Source: a virus. Taken from it: a DNA stretch of 64,000 nt. The notes beneath the pieces are model-generated. The model saw nothing but the letters and a program-made list of their open reading frames with translations, made no database searches and was not told where the DNA came from. The stretch is taken from the IMG/VR virus record IMGVR_UViG_3300024317_000004, positions 1 to 64,000 of that record. One strand, written 5' to 3'. Positions 19,535 through 29,257 of this stretch are shown here, one piece after another. The translations under genes and the position numbers were made by a program. Position 1 is the first letter of the stretch, and each line of letters begins with the position of its first letter.

Positions 19535-20086
19535 CTAGCGCGCTGCGTCCAATCGAGCGGCGACCTGCTGGCCAAACTCCATCTCTTCCGGCGATAGCGG
19601 GAGCGGTTCATCCGGAATGCACACCGTGAAGTACGGAATCTCCTCGCCCATGGCTGCTAACCGCCACCCAGCAAACTGATGCGACAGCTCGCTTACTGCG
19701 CTGCCGTCGTGATCGCGAAGCATCTCGATGACCTCATCCACGACCGCAATGTCGCTCGCGATGAAGCAATCGAGATCCGGATCGCGCAGCGGCACCAGAC
19801 GATATCCTTGGTGCAACCCGCGGGTGAAGGGCTGCTCGACTGCGGCACCAGACGCTTTGAGTTCTTCGCGGACCGCCTGCGACTCGCTCGGTACAGGACC
19901 TTGCGCCATCTTCTGGTACGTTGCGCCGGTGATGGGTCGCCCCCGTCGACCGTAGGCAATGAAGTCCGCGTAGAACAGGATCTTGTTGAGCTTGGTACGA
20001 CCGAAGGCAGCATCCTGCGAGGAACGCTGCGCGACGTACAGCATCAACTCCGCGAACTTCTGCGCGTCGTAGACGATCGGTTCCAT
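19535..20086 (-). CDS. Panacea-domain (DUF4065/SocA-like) antitoxin
   Basis: TKLNKILFYADF..Y...GRPITG..Y......GPVP...SELSH...W......IPY. Confidence 0.9.
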   Translation of the reverse strand: MEPIVYDAQKFAELMLYVAQRSSQDAAFGRTKLNKILFYADFIAYGRRGRPITGATYQKMAQGPVPSESQAVREELKASGAAVEQPFTRGLHQGYRLVPLRDPDLDCFIASDIAVVDEVIEMLRDHDGSAVSELSHQFAGWRLAAMGEEIPYFTVCIPDEPLPLSPEEMEFGQQVAARLDAAR

Positions 20087-20257
20087 GGCTGCATCCCAGG
20101 GAGAAGTAAACAGAATACGCTATACCTGTTCACTTGTCCAGCTCGGCCCGCAGGATCGCATGGCCTGACGCACCCACACAACCGCCGAGGTGCGCGAGGC
20201 ATACGCGCTTCTTTCTTGCATTCCGCGTTTTCTCATGATCGATTTTGTGGCGGCTCA

Positions 20258-20485
20258 TTGCGCCCGCAGGTCGAGCAGAGCCCGCTCAATGCGGGCGCTC
20301 TGGCGACGGCGCTGAAAAAACCCGCGTCTACGGTGTACCGCTGGCTCAACGCTTGGTACACGCTGGGCATACCGGGCATTCAGCGCGTTCCCAGTGATGG
20401 ACGCACGGGATGGCGTTACGCCATCGAACCCGGCTTTGTGGACGAATGGCGCGCGTGCAGGATCCCTGCCCCACGGCTGGCATAA
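20258..20485 (+). CDS. Small winged-HTH protein
   Basis: AGALATALKKPASTVYRWL...GWRY. Confidence 0.55.
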   Translation: MRPQVEQSPLNAGALATALKKPASTVYRWLNAWYTLGIPGIQRVPSDGRTGWRYAIEPGFVDEWRACRIPAPRLA

Positions 20486-20728
20486 CCTCCCGCCCGCTAG
20501 CTCTGGAAGCGGTGCGATCCCCCCGACGCCGACGCGAGGCAGCTGGCGAGGCGGGACCTCTCACGATGCAGCACGACACACTCCCGCCGCCCTCACCCGA
20601 AACGTGGCAGTCGACTGAGCCGGTGGACCGGTGGACCCGCAACACACGGGGGTTCGAGCAGCCGAGCGAGGAGCGGGTGCCTGACTTCGACGAGGTGATG
20701 GAGCAGGCGATGAGGGACGCGGGGTGAC

Positions 20729-20810
20729 GAAGTGGTGCCCGAGCGGTTCAAGGGGTCGCGCTGTAAACGCGATGGCTACGCCGACGTGAGTTCGAATCTC
20801 ACCCACTTCA
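20729..20810 (+). tRNA. tRNA-Tyr(GTA), long variable arm, CCA not encoded
   Basis: Acceptor GAAGTGG/CCACTTC+A; anticodon stem TCGCG/CGCGA with loop CTGTAAA; T-arm GTGAG-TTCGAAT-CTCAC. Confidence 0.92.
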
Positions 20811-21086
20811 CTGCTAGTCTTTGCCGAACATGTTCGTCGTATCGCCCGACCACTACGAGCGCCTGTCCGCGTCGTTCGAGCGGGTCTTCGGTCGTCCACT
20901 GCCTGTTGTGTCCAGCGTGCCACCGCCGTCGCACTCGTTCTCCACGGAGGAGATCACGAGGATGCTGGCGGATCCTGATCTGTTCGCTGGGATTGAGTGT
21001 GACAGTGGTGCTGTCTGGGACGAACTCCCCGCTTGCCAGCAGGCCCCTCGCCTAGCATGAAAAGTTGTAGGTTCACAAGGTGACGT

Positions 21087-21533
21087 GTGGGTGACCGAGG
21101 GCCCAAGATCGATCCGGACTTCGTTGCGCAGGTTCTGGTGGACGCCGCAATGCTGGGCGACGATGCCGCGGCCAAGCGGCATAACGTGTCCATCAAAACC
21201 GTGTCTCGTTACCGCGGGTTGGCTGACTCTGACGAAAACTTGTCCAAACTTGTCTCCCTAAAAAAGAAGGCCGCCGAGAGCCAGTGGGCTGACGGATTGG
21301 CTGGTGCCATCAAGGGACAGATCGAGTTCTTACAGCGCGCGTCCCAAGCTGCCGAGGCGTCGGACCCGGATGCCATCCACGCCGTCGCCGGGTCGCTCAA
21401 GATCCTGGCGGATATCGCGCTGACCTCACGGATGATTGATGCTCGACTTGCTAACCGGGCTGGACCGCAGGGAGCGGCAGATCGACAGGTTTCTGGACCC
21501 GCAGCCGAAGCAACGCCCGGCACCGTCCACTGA
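21087..21533 (+). CDS. Terminase small subunit (probable)
   Basis: N-terminal HTH (AAAKRHNVSIKTVSRYR); immediately precedes TerL. Confidence 0.65.
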   Translation: MGDRGPKIDPDFVAQVLVDAAMLGDDAAAKRHNVSIKTVSRYRGLADSDENLSKLVSLKKKAAESQWADGLAGAIKGQIEFLQRASQAAEASDPDAIHAVAGSLKILADIALTSRMIDARLANRAGPQGAADRQVSGPAAEATPGTVH

Positions 21534-23181
21534 CTCCGCGACATCCAAAGCCCTTGCGGCGGCCATATCGCTCGCGGCCAGTGACCCAGCTGAGTCGTTT
21601 CGCTTGTTCTGCGCGGAATGCATTCGCATCTCGACGAAAACGCCGGGCGAGGTCAAGTCACTCCAGTTCAACGCGATCCAGGCGAAGTTCTGCGAGCGCC
21701 GGACGGGCCGCGACGTTGTCCTAAAAGCTCGCCAGGTGGGATTCACGACCCTGGAGTTGGCCCGTGACCTTTGGTTTGCTCTCGCGAAGCCACACACCGC
21801 TGTTTCCGTAGTCACTCAACCGCACAAGACAAGCGAGCCGACACGAAAGGTGGTTCGACAGCTTGCGTTCATGCTCGGCTGGATCGGCGAAAGCGTTGGC
21901 GCTCACTGGTCTGGCGGAACATGCACGTTTGCTAACGGGTCAAGCATCACCGTCTTTGATGCCGGCGGCTCCGAGGAAGCTGCAGACAAGCAGGGCCGCG
22001 GTGGCACCTACCACCGGGTTCACGTCACCGAAGTCGCGTTCTTTCCGTATGCGGCCAAGGTGATGAACGCCTTGTTCAAGGCGATTCCGTCGGTCAAGCA
22101 AGGCGGCGAGTACGTCGAGGAGAGCACGCCGAATGGAGCAGGCGGACTTTTCTACGAGCACTACCAAGGCGCGATCGCCGGCACCAATGGGCTGTCAGGT
22201 CACTTCTTTCCGTGGTTTCTGCAGCCAGAATACCGACTCGGTGAGGATGAAGGTCCGGCAGCGCCTGCGGATCCAGAAGAGGTCAAGGTTGCTGAAGCGG
22301 CCAAGGCGGCGGGAGAAACGCTGTCCGAGGCGCAGCTTGGCTGGTGGCGTCAGCAACGAGCGCGCGATGGGCTCGACCGAACGCTTCAGGAGTATCCACA
22401 CGACGCTGATCGATGCTTTCTACTCTCGGGTACGTGCTACTTCGATCGCGATGCGTTGGTACGACTCGAGGCCAAACGTGCCGCGCCCCTTTCGGTCGAA
22501 AGCATCCTTCGGGATCCACCAGACAGTACCGCTAGGCCGTTTCAGGGGCTTCTGTCAGCGTTTTGGCACCAGGTTAACCGCGCCCATGGATCGCTGCTGC
22601 GGGTCTGGGTGCCGCCCTCTGTCGGATGCGGCTATCTGATCGTGGTCGACTCCGCGGGCGGCAAGTCCGACGGAGACTGGCTTGTCGCACCGGTTTTTGA
22701 GCGCAAGAGTCGTCGACACGTCGCAACGCTGCGCGCGCAGATCCAGACCAGCGAGTTCGCTCGTTGGGCTGCCAAGCTCGGGTACGCCTACGGAAAAGCC
22801 GTCATCGTGGTCGAGCGAAACAATCACGGCGGCACCGTGCTTCATGTGCTCGACGAAGAGCTGCACTACCCGGCGATCTGGAGAGAGGATCCGAGCAGGC
22901 CGGATCTTGGATTCTGGACGGGCCCCAGTAACCGCCAAGCCATCATTGATGATCTGGTGGACGCGGTTACGCAGAACGAATTCGAGACCGCGGATCCGCT
23001 GTTTTGTGCCGAGGCCCGAACGTTTATCAAAACGGACAGCGGCAAGGTCGAAGCACAGCCCGGCGCGCACGACGACGTGATCATGGCTTCGGCCATTGGC
23101 TGGCGAGTGCTGACCGGCCCTCGGCATCTACCCGGGCAGCCCCGCGTGATCGACGGTCGCCCCATCGCCCCGTTTGGCTGA
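21436..23181 (+). CDS. terL: Terminase large subunit (start uncertain)
   Basis: LKARQVGFTT, HVTEVAF, ESTPNG, VDSAGG...D, VERNNHG, HDDVIMA motifs. Confidence 0.93.
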   Translation: MMLDLLTGLDRRERQIDRFLDPQPKQRPAPSTDSATSKALAAAISLAASDPAESFRLFCAECIRISTKTPGEVKSLQFNAIQAKFCERRTGRDVVLKARQVGFTTLELARDLWFALAKPHTAVSVVTQPHKTSEPTRKVVRQLAFMLGWIGESVGAHWSGGTCTFANGSSITVFDAGGSEEAADKQGRGGTYHRVHVTEVAFFPYAAKVMNALFKAIPSVKQGGEYVEESTPNGAGGLFYEHYQGAIAGTNGLSGHFFPWFLQPEYRLGEDEGPAAPADPEEVKVAEAAKAAGETLSEAQLGWWRQQRARDGLDRTLQEYPHDADRCFLLSGTCYFDRDALVRLEAKRAAPLSVESILRDPPDSTARPFQGLLSAFWHQVNRAHGSLLRVWVPPSVGCGYLIVVDSAGGKSDGDWLVAPVFERKSRRHVATLRAQIQTSEFARWAAKLGYAYGKAVIVVERNNHGGTVLHVLDEELHYPAIWREDPSRPDLGFWTGPSNRQAIIDDLVDAVTQNEFETADPLFCAEARTFIKTDSGKVEAQPGAHDDVIMASAIGWRVLTGPRHLPGQPRVIDGRPIAPFG

Positions 23182-23184
23182 TTC

Positions 23185-24759
23185 GTGAAGTACAAGAGCC
23201 TTACAGCCAAGTCCCCCGAGTACTCGGCGAGCTACTGGGAGGAGTGCCGGGCGTTCTACCGTGGGGGTCGTGATCTACTTGAGAACAAGTCACTTCTCAC
23301 GCGGGTGTTCCCGCAGCATGCGAACGAAGCCCCCGATATCTATCAGGACCGATGCAGGCGCGCGACATACCTAGCGTATGCCGGCGAGCTGCTTGATTAC
23401 ATCGTTGCGTCTCTTGCGATGGAGCCGCTGACGCTCACCGCAGAGCCCAAGCCGCCCGCGTTCTACCAGGACTTCGTAAACTCGACAGACGGCAAGTCTC
23501 TTACGCTCAACGATCTGATTCAGCAGCAGGTGCTCACCGCGCTGATCTGCAAGACAGCGTGGACGCTGGTGGACTTGCCGCCGTTGGATTCCGGTGCTGT
23601 CATCGAGTCCGAGGCGGATGAAGAGGAATATGGGTTACTGCGGGCGATGGCGTTCCCCGTCGAGCCCGAGTGCGTTTACGACTGGGACTGTACCCCCTCT
23701 GGTGATCTAGAGTGGGCGCTGATCTGCATGCGTTCGAGCCCTCGCAAGAGGCTTGAAGACGACCGTAACGAGATCGTCGAGCGATATACCTACTACACAC
23801 GCGACGGCTGGGAGCGCTACGACGTCACGTACAAGCGGGATAAGCCGCCCGTGCCGAACGACGATATTCCCCTCACGCTATCCGGATCGCATTCGTTCGG
23901 GCAAGTCCCGCTGGTACGACTCGAAGTGCCGGCCGGCATGTGGGCGATGGACAAGATCCACTGCCTGTGTCGTGACATTTTCAACAAGCGATCGGGCATC
24001 TCGTTTTCGCAGTTGCGGCATCTATTCCCGATTCTCACGGCGTACCTTGGTCCAGAGATCGGGCCTGGCAATGAGATCCCCGCGCCCATCGCCCAGGATC
24101 CGGACCGCGCCACCAACCAGGTTTATGGGATCGGTCGGATCGTTAAGTTTGGCGACAAGGATCGCCTCGAATACACCTCGCCCGACTGCGCGATTTACAC
24201 GACGTCACTGGAAGATCTCAACGGCTTGCGCGACGAGCTGCATCGAGTCCTGCATCAGATGGCGCTGGCGGCAAACAACTCCGCTGCAGCGCTGAAACGA
24301 TCGGGCGACAGCAAGGCACAGGACAAAGCCGCTGCCAGCGTCGTGCTAAAAAAGCTCGGGGAGTACGGCAGAAAGCACGCGATCGACATTCACAACCTTG
24401 CTAGAGCCGGACGCATGGATCAGCCCATGACCTGGTCTGCGCACGGCATGCAAGACTTCGACGAGCAAGCGCTTGGCGACATGATCAACGAGGCTGCGGT
24501 TGTTCAGACGCTCACGATCCCAAGCCCGACGTTCCACCAGATCTACCGCTACTCGATCGCGAGCAAGGCGGTGTCTGGTATGGCCACGCCTGAGCAACTC
24601 GAACAAATTCGTGATGAAATCGAAGCCGCCACGACGGCCGAAGAATTTGACCCCCAACGCAAGATGGACTTGGAGACCGCAGCGGTGATGGGCCCGCCAG
24701 AGCCTGATGGCGACGAGATCCCGGACGACACGGGTCGCGACAAGTACAACGAAGCATGA
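23185..24759 (+). CDS. Portal protein
   Basis: 524 aa following TerL; HSFGQVPLV and SGDSKAQD motifs; acidic tail. Confidence 0.8.
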   Translation: MKYKSLTAKSPEYSASYWEECRAFYRGGRDLLENKSLLTRVFPQHANEAPDIYQDRCRRATYLAYAGELLDYIVASLAMEPLTLTAEPKPPAFYQDFVNSTDGKSLTLNDLIQQQVLTALICKTAWTLVDLPPLDSGAVIESEADEEEYGLLRAMAFPVEPECVYDWDCTPSGDLEWALICMRSSPRKRLEDDRNEIVERYTYYTRDGWERYDVTYKRDKPPVPNDDIPLTLSGSHSFGQVPLVRLEVPAGMWAMDKIHCLCRDIFNKRSGISFSQLRHLFPILTAYLGPEIGPGNEIPAPIAQDPDRATNQVYGIGRIVKFGDKDRLEYTSPDCAIYTTSLEDLNGLRDELHRVLHQMALAANNSAAALKRSGDSKAQDKAAASVVLKKLGEYGRKHAIDIHNLARAGRMDQPMTWSAHGMQDFDEQALGDMINEAAVVQTLTIPSPTFHQIYRYSIASKAVSGMATPEQLEQIRDEIEAATTAEEFDPQRKMDLETAAVMGPPEPDGDEIPDDTGRDKYNEA

Positions 24760-25655
24760 CGGGGCTGTTCCAGTCGTTACACCGTCGCGGTGTTGAGCAA
24801 GACGCGCTCTTCGTGGCCCAACAGGTCGCCGCGTTGCCTGGCCCGGTCCTGGCTCAGGTTGCACCGCTCATAGCGCAAGCAGAGCGCGAGACTGCAGAAG
24901 CGCTGCGTCACTGGATCGCTACGGCGCCCGATGCAAGTGACCGGTACACGGCCTACGAGCGCAGAAGGCTGCTAGTCCAACTGCGGGCAGCGTTCGACGC
25001 CATCAAGCGAGTCTCCCCTGCCCTCGCCTCTGCGCTGGGAGAAGGCTCCAAACGAGCCGGCGTCCTATCGCACCAGCACCTACTCTCACAGATTACTCGC
25101 AACTCAGCACGGTACGGGACATCTCTGGAAGCGCCCATCCGGCTCGACCTCGCGCGCATCTTGGCAACTGGCCAAGGGCTCATCCCAAGGTTTCGTGCCA
25201 GTGCGGCTCGTTACAGCGTGAACGTGAGAGAGCAGATCAAACGAGAGTTGGCCGTCGGCGTACTTCGCGGCCAGACGTACCAGGGACTCGTAGAGCGACT
25301 TGCCACACGTTCCATGCCCCATGCCATGCCGACTGTAGAGAACGCCGCCGGCGCGCTGATGAAGCCCGCCAAGTGGCAACTGGAGCGCTTGGTACGCACA
25401 GAGATGGCACACGCCAGCGAAGTGCAGGCCATGGAAGCGTTTCGGCAGGCAAGGCAGCAGATGCCGGACTTGCGTAGGCGTTGGGTCGCTGCGCTCGACC
25501 TCAGAATTTGCAAGCAATGCGCTGACATGGATGGTGCTGTATCGGACCGCCGCGGATCATTCAGTGGCGACGTGCAGCCGCCGCTTCACCCGAATTGCAG
25601 ATGCGTCGCAGTGCCCTGGCGTGAAGCCTGGGATGAAATGGACATGGCCGCGTGA
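24756..25655 (+). CDS. MuF/SPP1 gp7-like minor head protein
   Basis: ERLVRTEMA...CKQC...DG...PPLHPNCRC. Confidence 0.9.
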   Translation: MTGLFQSLHRRGVEQDALFVAQQVAALPGPVLAQVAPLIAQAERETAEALRHWIATAPDASDRYTAYERRRLLVQLRAAFDAIKRVSPALASALGEGSKRAGVLSHQHLLSQITRNSARYGTSLEAPIRLDLARILATGQGLIPRFRASAARYSVNVREQIKRELAVGVLRGQTYQGLVERLATRSMPHAMPTVENAAGALMKPAKWQLERLVRTEMAHASEVQAMEAFRQARQQMPDLRRRWVAALDLRICKQCADMDGAVSDRRGSFSGDVQPPLHPNCRCVAVPWREAWDEMDMAA

Positions 25656-26002
25656 GAATCCAGACCTACAGGCAAACCGATACGGACAAGTCGTTTGCGG
25701 CCACGACCGCGACCGATGTCTTGCCTGCGGTAGGCGTCGATCTCTCGCAGGTCGATCGATTCTCGTTGATCCTGAAAAACACCGGAGCCAACTCCGTTGC
25801 GATCACGATCACGTACACCCTTGGCGCGCTCACCGTGACGGACACCACGACGATTGGCACGATCAACGCGGGCGCCACCAAGAGCCTCAACCTTGCGCCC
25901 GGATCGACGGATCCTGCTTACCAAAACGTCAAGATCAGCGGTACCAGCGCAAGCGGAACCACGGTGTCCATTGAAGCGATCGCTGTGAGAAACACGCTGT
26001 AA
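25652..26002 (+). CDS. Small beta-rich virion protein (putative)
   Basis: Thr/Val-rich ORF in the head operon. Confidence 0.55.
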   Translation: MRIQTYRQTDTDKSFAATTATDVLPAVGVDLSQVDRFSLILKNTGANSVAITITYTLGALTVTDTTTIGTINAGATKSLNLAPGSTDPAYQNVKISGTSASGTTVSIEAIAVRNTL

Positions 26003-26100
26003 CGCAAACACCTCTCCGAGGTGCACGTCCCTGCGAGCCACACGGCGAGGACGCAGGGCGAATCCCACGCCGCACGTCACCCGACGTTAAAGGGAGATCC

Positions 26101-26814
26101 ATGGCCACCGAGAACGAGAATCCCGCAGGCGACAAGCCCGAGGGAGAGAGCGCAACGACGCCCGAGAAGCCGTCTTTTATGACGGCAGCCGATTTCAACA
26201 AAGCTTCGACGGCACGCGAGAAGAAGCTTCTCGATCGCATCGACAAGCTTCTGGAAGAGAGGCTTTCTGCGAAACAGAAGGCTGCCGAGGAAGTCGACGA
26301 GAACGATGCTGACGACGAGCCTGAAGACAAAGGCGACGACAAGGTTGCCGCGAAGAGCCCATCCGACGCGACGGCCAAACAGATTGCCAGTCTTCAGCGG
26401 CAACTAACTCGAGAGCGCAACGAGCGAGAGAAGCGAGAAGCCGCGGACCGGGAGAAGGACGCCAAGATCGCTCGGGACGAGGAGCGCGCCAAGCTCTCCG
26501 AGGCCCTCACGACAGCTGGCGTTGACCCCAAGCGAATTCGTGGCGCGATTGCGCTACTGCACACCGAGGACAAGCGGGTACGTCGCAGCGCAGAGGGCAA
26601 GATCGTGTTCGTCGACGAGAACGACGACGAGTTCGATCTTGCTGCAGGCATCAAGCAATGGATCGCGAGTGACGAGGGCAAGGGCTACATGCCTGCCCGT
26701 GGTGCGCAAGGATCTGGCGCCGAGCCCGGTCGCAACCACAACCGAATCGGAACGAAGAATCAGAAGATCACCAAGCACGAAGCTGGGGTCGCTCTGATGA
26801 GTCTATTGAAATAA
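26101..26814 (+). CDS. Capsid scaffolding protein
   Basis: Charged coiled coil just before the capsid gene; GGGAG RBS. Confidence 0.75.
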   Translation: MATENENPAGDKPEGESATTPEKPSFMTAADFNKASTAREKKLLDRIDKLLEERLSAKQKAAEEVDENDADDEPEDKGDDKVAAKSPSDATAKQIASLQRQLTRERNEREKREAADREKDAKIARDEERAKLSEALTTAGVDPKRIRGAIALLHTEDKRVRRSAEGKIVFVDENDDEFDLAAGIKQWIASDEGKGYMPARGAQGSGAEPGRNHNRIGTKNQKITKHEAGVALMSLLK

Positions 26815-26859
26815 GCCGGGCAGCATGCCGCGGCGATTGATGACATCGAGGAGAAAGAC

Positions 26860-27909
26860 ATGGCCGCCGTAGCATTTTTGGACATTCAAACCGCGCTCAA
26901 CACGATCTTCGAGGACGATCTCGCTTCGCAGATCAACCGCGCTACGGTGGGGGCGAAGATCCTGCCGAAGAAAACCGTTCAAGGGAAGAGTATCAACTGG
27001 GATGCTCGTCTCGGCACCGCTGTCGGCACGGCTGAGTCTGACGGCGCGGTGATCTCGACGTACAATTCGGACACCAAGGCTCCCGCCACGCTGTATGTGG
27101 CGACGTACCAGGACTCTTTCAAGCTCGATGGCCGTGCCGTGGCGTCGGCTGCGAACTCCGGAGGCCCCGCCGCCCTGGTCGACCTTTTTGGCGAGCATGT
27201 GATGGAGTCTTCGGAGCGCGTCGCGAGCAAGGTCAACATTGATCTATACAGCGGGACCGGCGCGACGACCGAGCCCATCACGATAGCAGGTTTAAGTACC
27301 GTGGCCCTGCTCGCAGACACAGGCACCTACGCCAACATCTCGCGCAACACCTACTCGCAGTGGAAGAGCAACGTGCTGGGCAATAGCTCGGTGCCACGCC
27401 CGCTCACCATTCAGCTCATGCGTGACATGATGCGCACGATCTATATTGCCTCGGGGCACAAGCCGGACCTGATCCTAGCCGATCCGTTCCAGCACGAGCA
27501 ATACGGCCTGACCTTCGGTCCGTTCCGTCGGTACATCAAAGACTCGATGTACGTCGCCGGCGACAAGATCGAGCTGGACGGCGGCTACTCGGTGCTGGAA
27601 TTCGATGGCATCCCCGTGATCGAGGACAAGGACGCGGTTGCCGGAGAGATGTTGTTTCTGAACACCAAGAGCGTATCGATTCGCCCGCTGCCTCACGCTG
27701 CGATGCAGCTGGCTGCATCCAGCGGCCAGCTCGAGATCACCGGCTCTGAAGAAGCGAACGAAGGCCCCGGCAACACCGGACTGCGTGCGCGGATTCAGCA
27801 GTTGGCTAACGATGGGGATTATATGGTATTTCAAGTTGTCGTGTACCTGCAGACGCAGGTTCGGCACCCGAACCGATGCGGGAAACTAACAGATCTCGCG
27901 ACGTCGTAA
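26860..27909 (+). CDS. Major capsid protein
   Basis: 349 aa after the scaffold; LYSGTG...IAGL and FDGIPVIED HK97-fold patterns. Confidence 0.85.
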   Translation: MAAVAFLDIQTALNTIFEDDLASQINRATVGAKILPKKTVQGKSINWDARLGTAVGTAESDGAVISTYNSDTKAPATLYVATYQDSFKLDGRAVASAANSGGPAALVDLFGEHVMESSERVASKVNIDLYSGTGATTEPITIAGLSTVALLADTGTYANISRNTYSQWKSNVLGNSSVPRPLTIQLMRDMMRTIYIASGHKPDLILADPFQHEQYGLTFGPFRRYIKDSMYVAGDKIELDGGYSVLEFDGIPVIEDKDAVAGEMLFLNTKSVSIRPLPHAAMQLAASSGQLEITGSEEANEGPGNTGLRARIQQLANDGDYMVFQVVVYLQTQVRHPNRCGKLTDLATS

Positions 27910-27941
27910 TCGGCCGGCCCGACACTTCGAAGAGAGGCTCC

Positions 27942-28316
27942 ATGGACTTTCAGCGTCTTGTTTCGACGACCAAAGTCGTCAACGCATCCACTCATTCCAT
28001 TCGTGGACTCATCATCGGAAGCCCGAACGGACGGCATCAGATCAACGTCGAGCCGCTCGGCGTGCTTGAAGTGCCTGTCGAATGGACACAGAAAGGGCTG
28101 GACCATCGTGGCCAACCGAAGGTGAAGTCCACCCTCGATCAGTACGCGCCCTTCCTCGTGTCCGAGAAAGACCCTCGCGTCAAAGAGGCTCGGGACGTAC
28201 TCGAGAAGGGGCAGTACACACCCGCGGGAGCTCGGGAGCCGATCAAGACCGCTGTCTACCCGCTTCCTCCTGCCCCACCCCAAGCGCCGGTCTATCTACA
28301 GCCCACGAATCAGTAA
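27942..28316 (+). CDS. Hypothetical head-associated protein
   Basis: GAGG RBS; position after the capsid gene. Confidence 0.55.
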   Translation: MDFQRLVSTTKVVNASTHSIRGLIIGSPNGRHQINVEPLGVLEVPVEWTQKGLDHRGQPKVKSTLDQYAPFLVSEKDPRVKEARDVLEKGQYTPAGAREPIKTAVYPLPPAPPQAPVYLQPTNQ

Positions 28317-28319
28317 GCC

Positions 28320-28697
28320 ATGGCCTTTAGCGACCCAGACCAGGCGCGAATCTTCTCGCGAATGGGGAGAGCGCGTCGCTACCTCCAGATAGATTCTGCA
28401 TTGGTCCACGCTATCAACGCGGTCGGTGATGACGCAGAAGTCTCGGCACTCATCGTGTCCTATTTGGACCGCTGCGACGAGATCGATGAGAAGCTCGTTG
28501 ATGCCGAAGACCGACAGGCCCTGATGAGTGCAGACCAAGGCGACGTTGTGTTCGCACAGTACCGAGAGCTGGCCGCGCTGCGTTCCCAAGGGCGCATGTA
28601 CATAGGACGCATCGGTCGACTGCTTGGCGTCGAGCCGCTAGGCGACGGCTTCTCTGCGTCCATTGGCATCATCAACAACATGATCAAGTACGGCTAA
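28320..28697 (+). CDS. Head-tail adaptor (putative)
   Basis: 125-aa helical protein; synteny. Confidence 0.55.
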   Translation: MAFSDPDQARIFSRMGRARRYLQIDSALVHAINAVGDDAEVSALIVSYLDRCDEIDEKLVDAEDRQALMSADQGDVVFAQYRELAALRSQGRMYIGRIGRLLGVEPLGDGFSASIGIINNMIKYG

Positions 28698-28725
28698 CGC
28701 GGCCCAGTGCCGTTGGAGATGAATT

Positions 28726-29247
28726 ATGGCTGGCGTTCAAGCACGAAGAGTCCACTCTGGCGACGTAACCGGCATGCAAGCCGCGATGGTCGCGAGCATC
28801 AACGAACTCATCAAGACGCAGGTCGCCTCTTTGTTCCACTATGCGATGAGTGAGGACATCCTCACGTTCGCGGATCTATCGGGCACCGGTGCGGCGAATA
28901 CGGCTCTGGCAGTCGCCGCGGCAAATGAGCTCATGGTGAAGTACTTGGCGCACATCGCTGACACCGTTGCTCATAAGGTTGCCGGAACGCCGCCGTCGTT
29001 GACCTTGGCGACGGACCTAACTTCAGCCTGCACGCTCGTTGAAGCCATTCGAACCGATTACACCTCTCATATCGGCTCAACCACGTACCATTCGGCAGCC
29101 GACTCCACGAACACGATCGCGGCAGCCGCAGCTACGACCTTGTCGACGCTCCAGGGCGCACTGAACGAGCTCAAAAACACGACCGGTTTCAACCAGCACG
29201 TAGCCTCAGCTCCTGCTGCCGGCGCTTTGCATATCGTCCCGCTGTGA
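28726..29247 (+). CDS. Virion protein with internal helical repeat
   Basis: NEL..KY.AH.A, EAIR.DY.SHI and NELK....FNQHVA repeats. Confidence 0.55.
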   Translation: MAGVQARRVHSGDVTGMQAAMVASINELIKTQVASLFHYAMSEDILTFADLSGTGAANTALAVAAANELMVKYLAHIADTVAHKVAGTPPSLTLATDLTSACTLVEAIRTDYTSHIGSTTYHSAADSTNTIAAAAATTLSTLQGALNELKNTTGFNQHVASAPAAGALHIVPL

Positions 29248-29257
29248 TCCACCTACG

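Noticed and set aside
19679-20257. N-terminal part of the 268-aa plus-strand ORF
   Set aside because: Antisense shadow of the Panacea gene; only the last 75 codons look like a real HTH protein.
23701-23724. Gapped match of tract 60090-60205 (GG GC CT GA TG GC CT AA) to portal codons GDLEWALI
   Set aside because: Only 6 of 8 dinucleotides match and the flanks do not; this is expected by chance in 64 kb.
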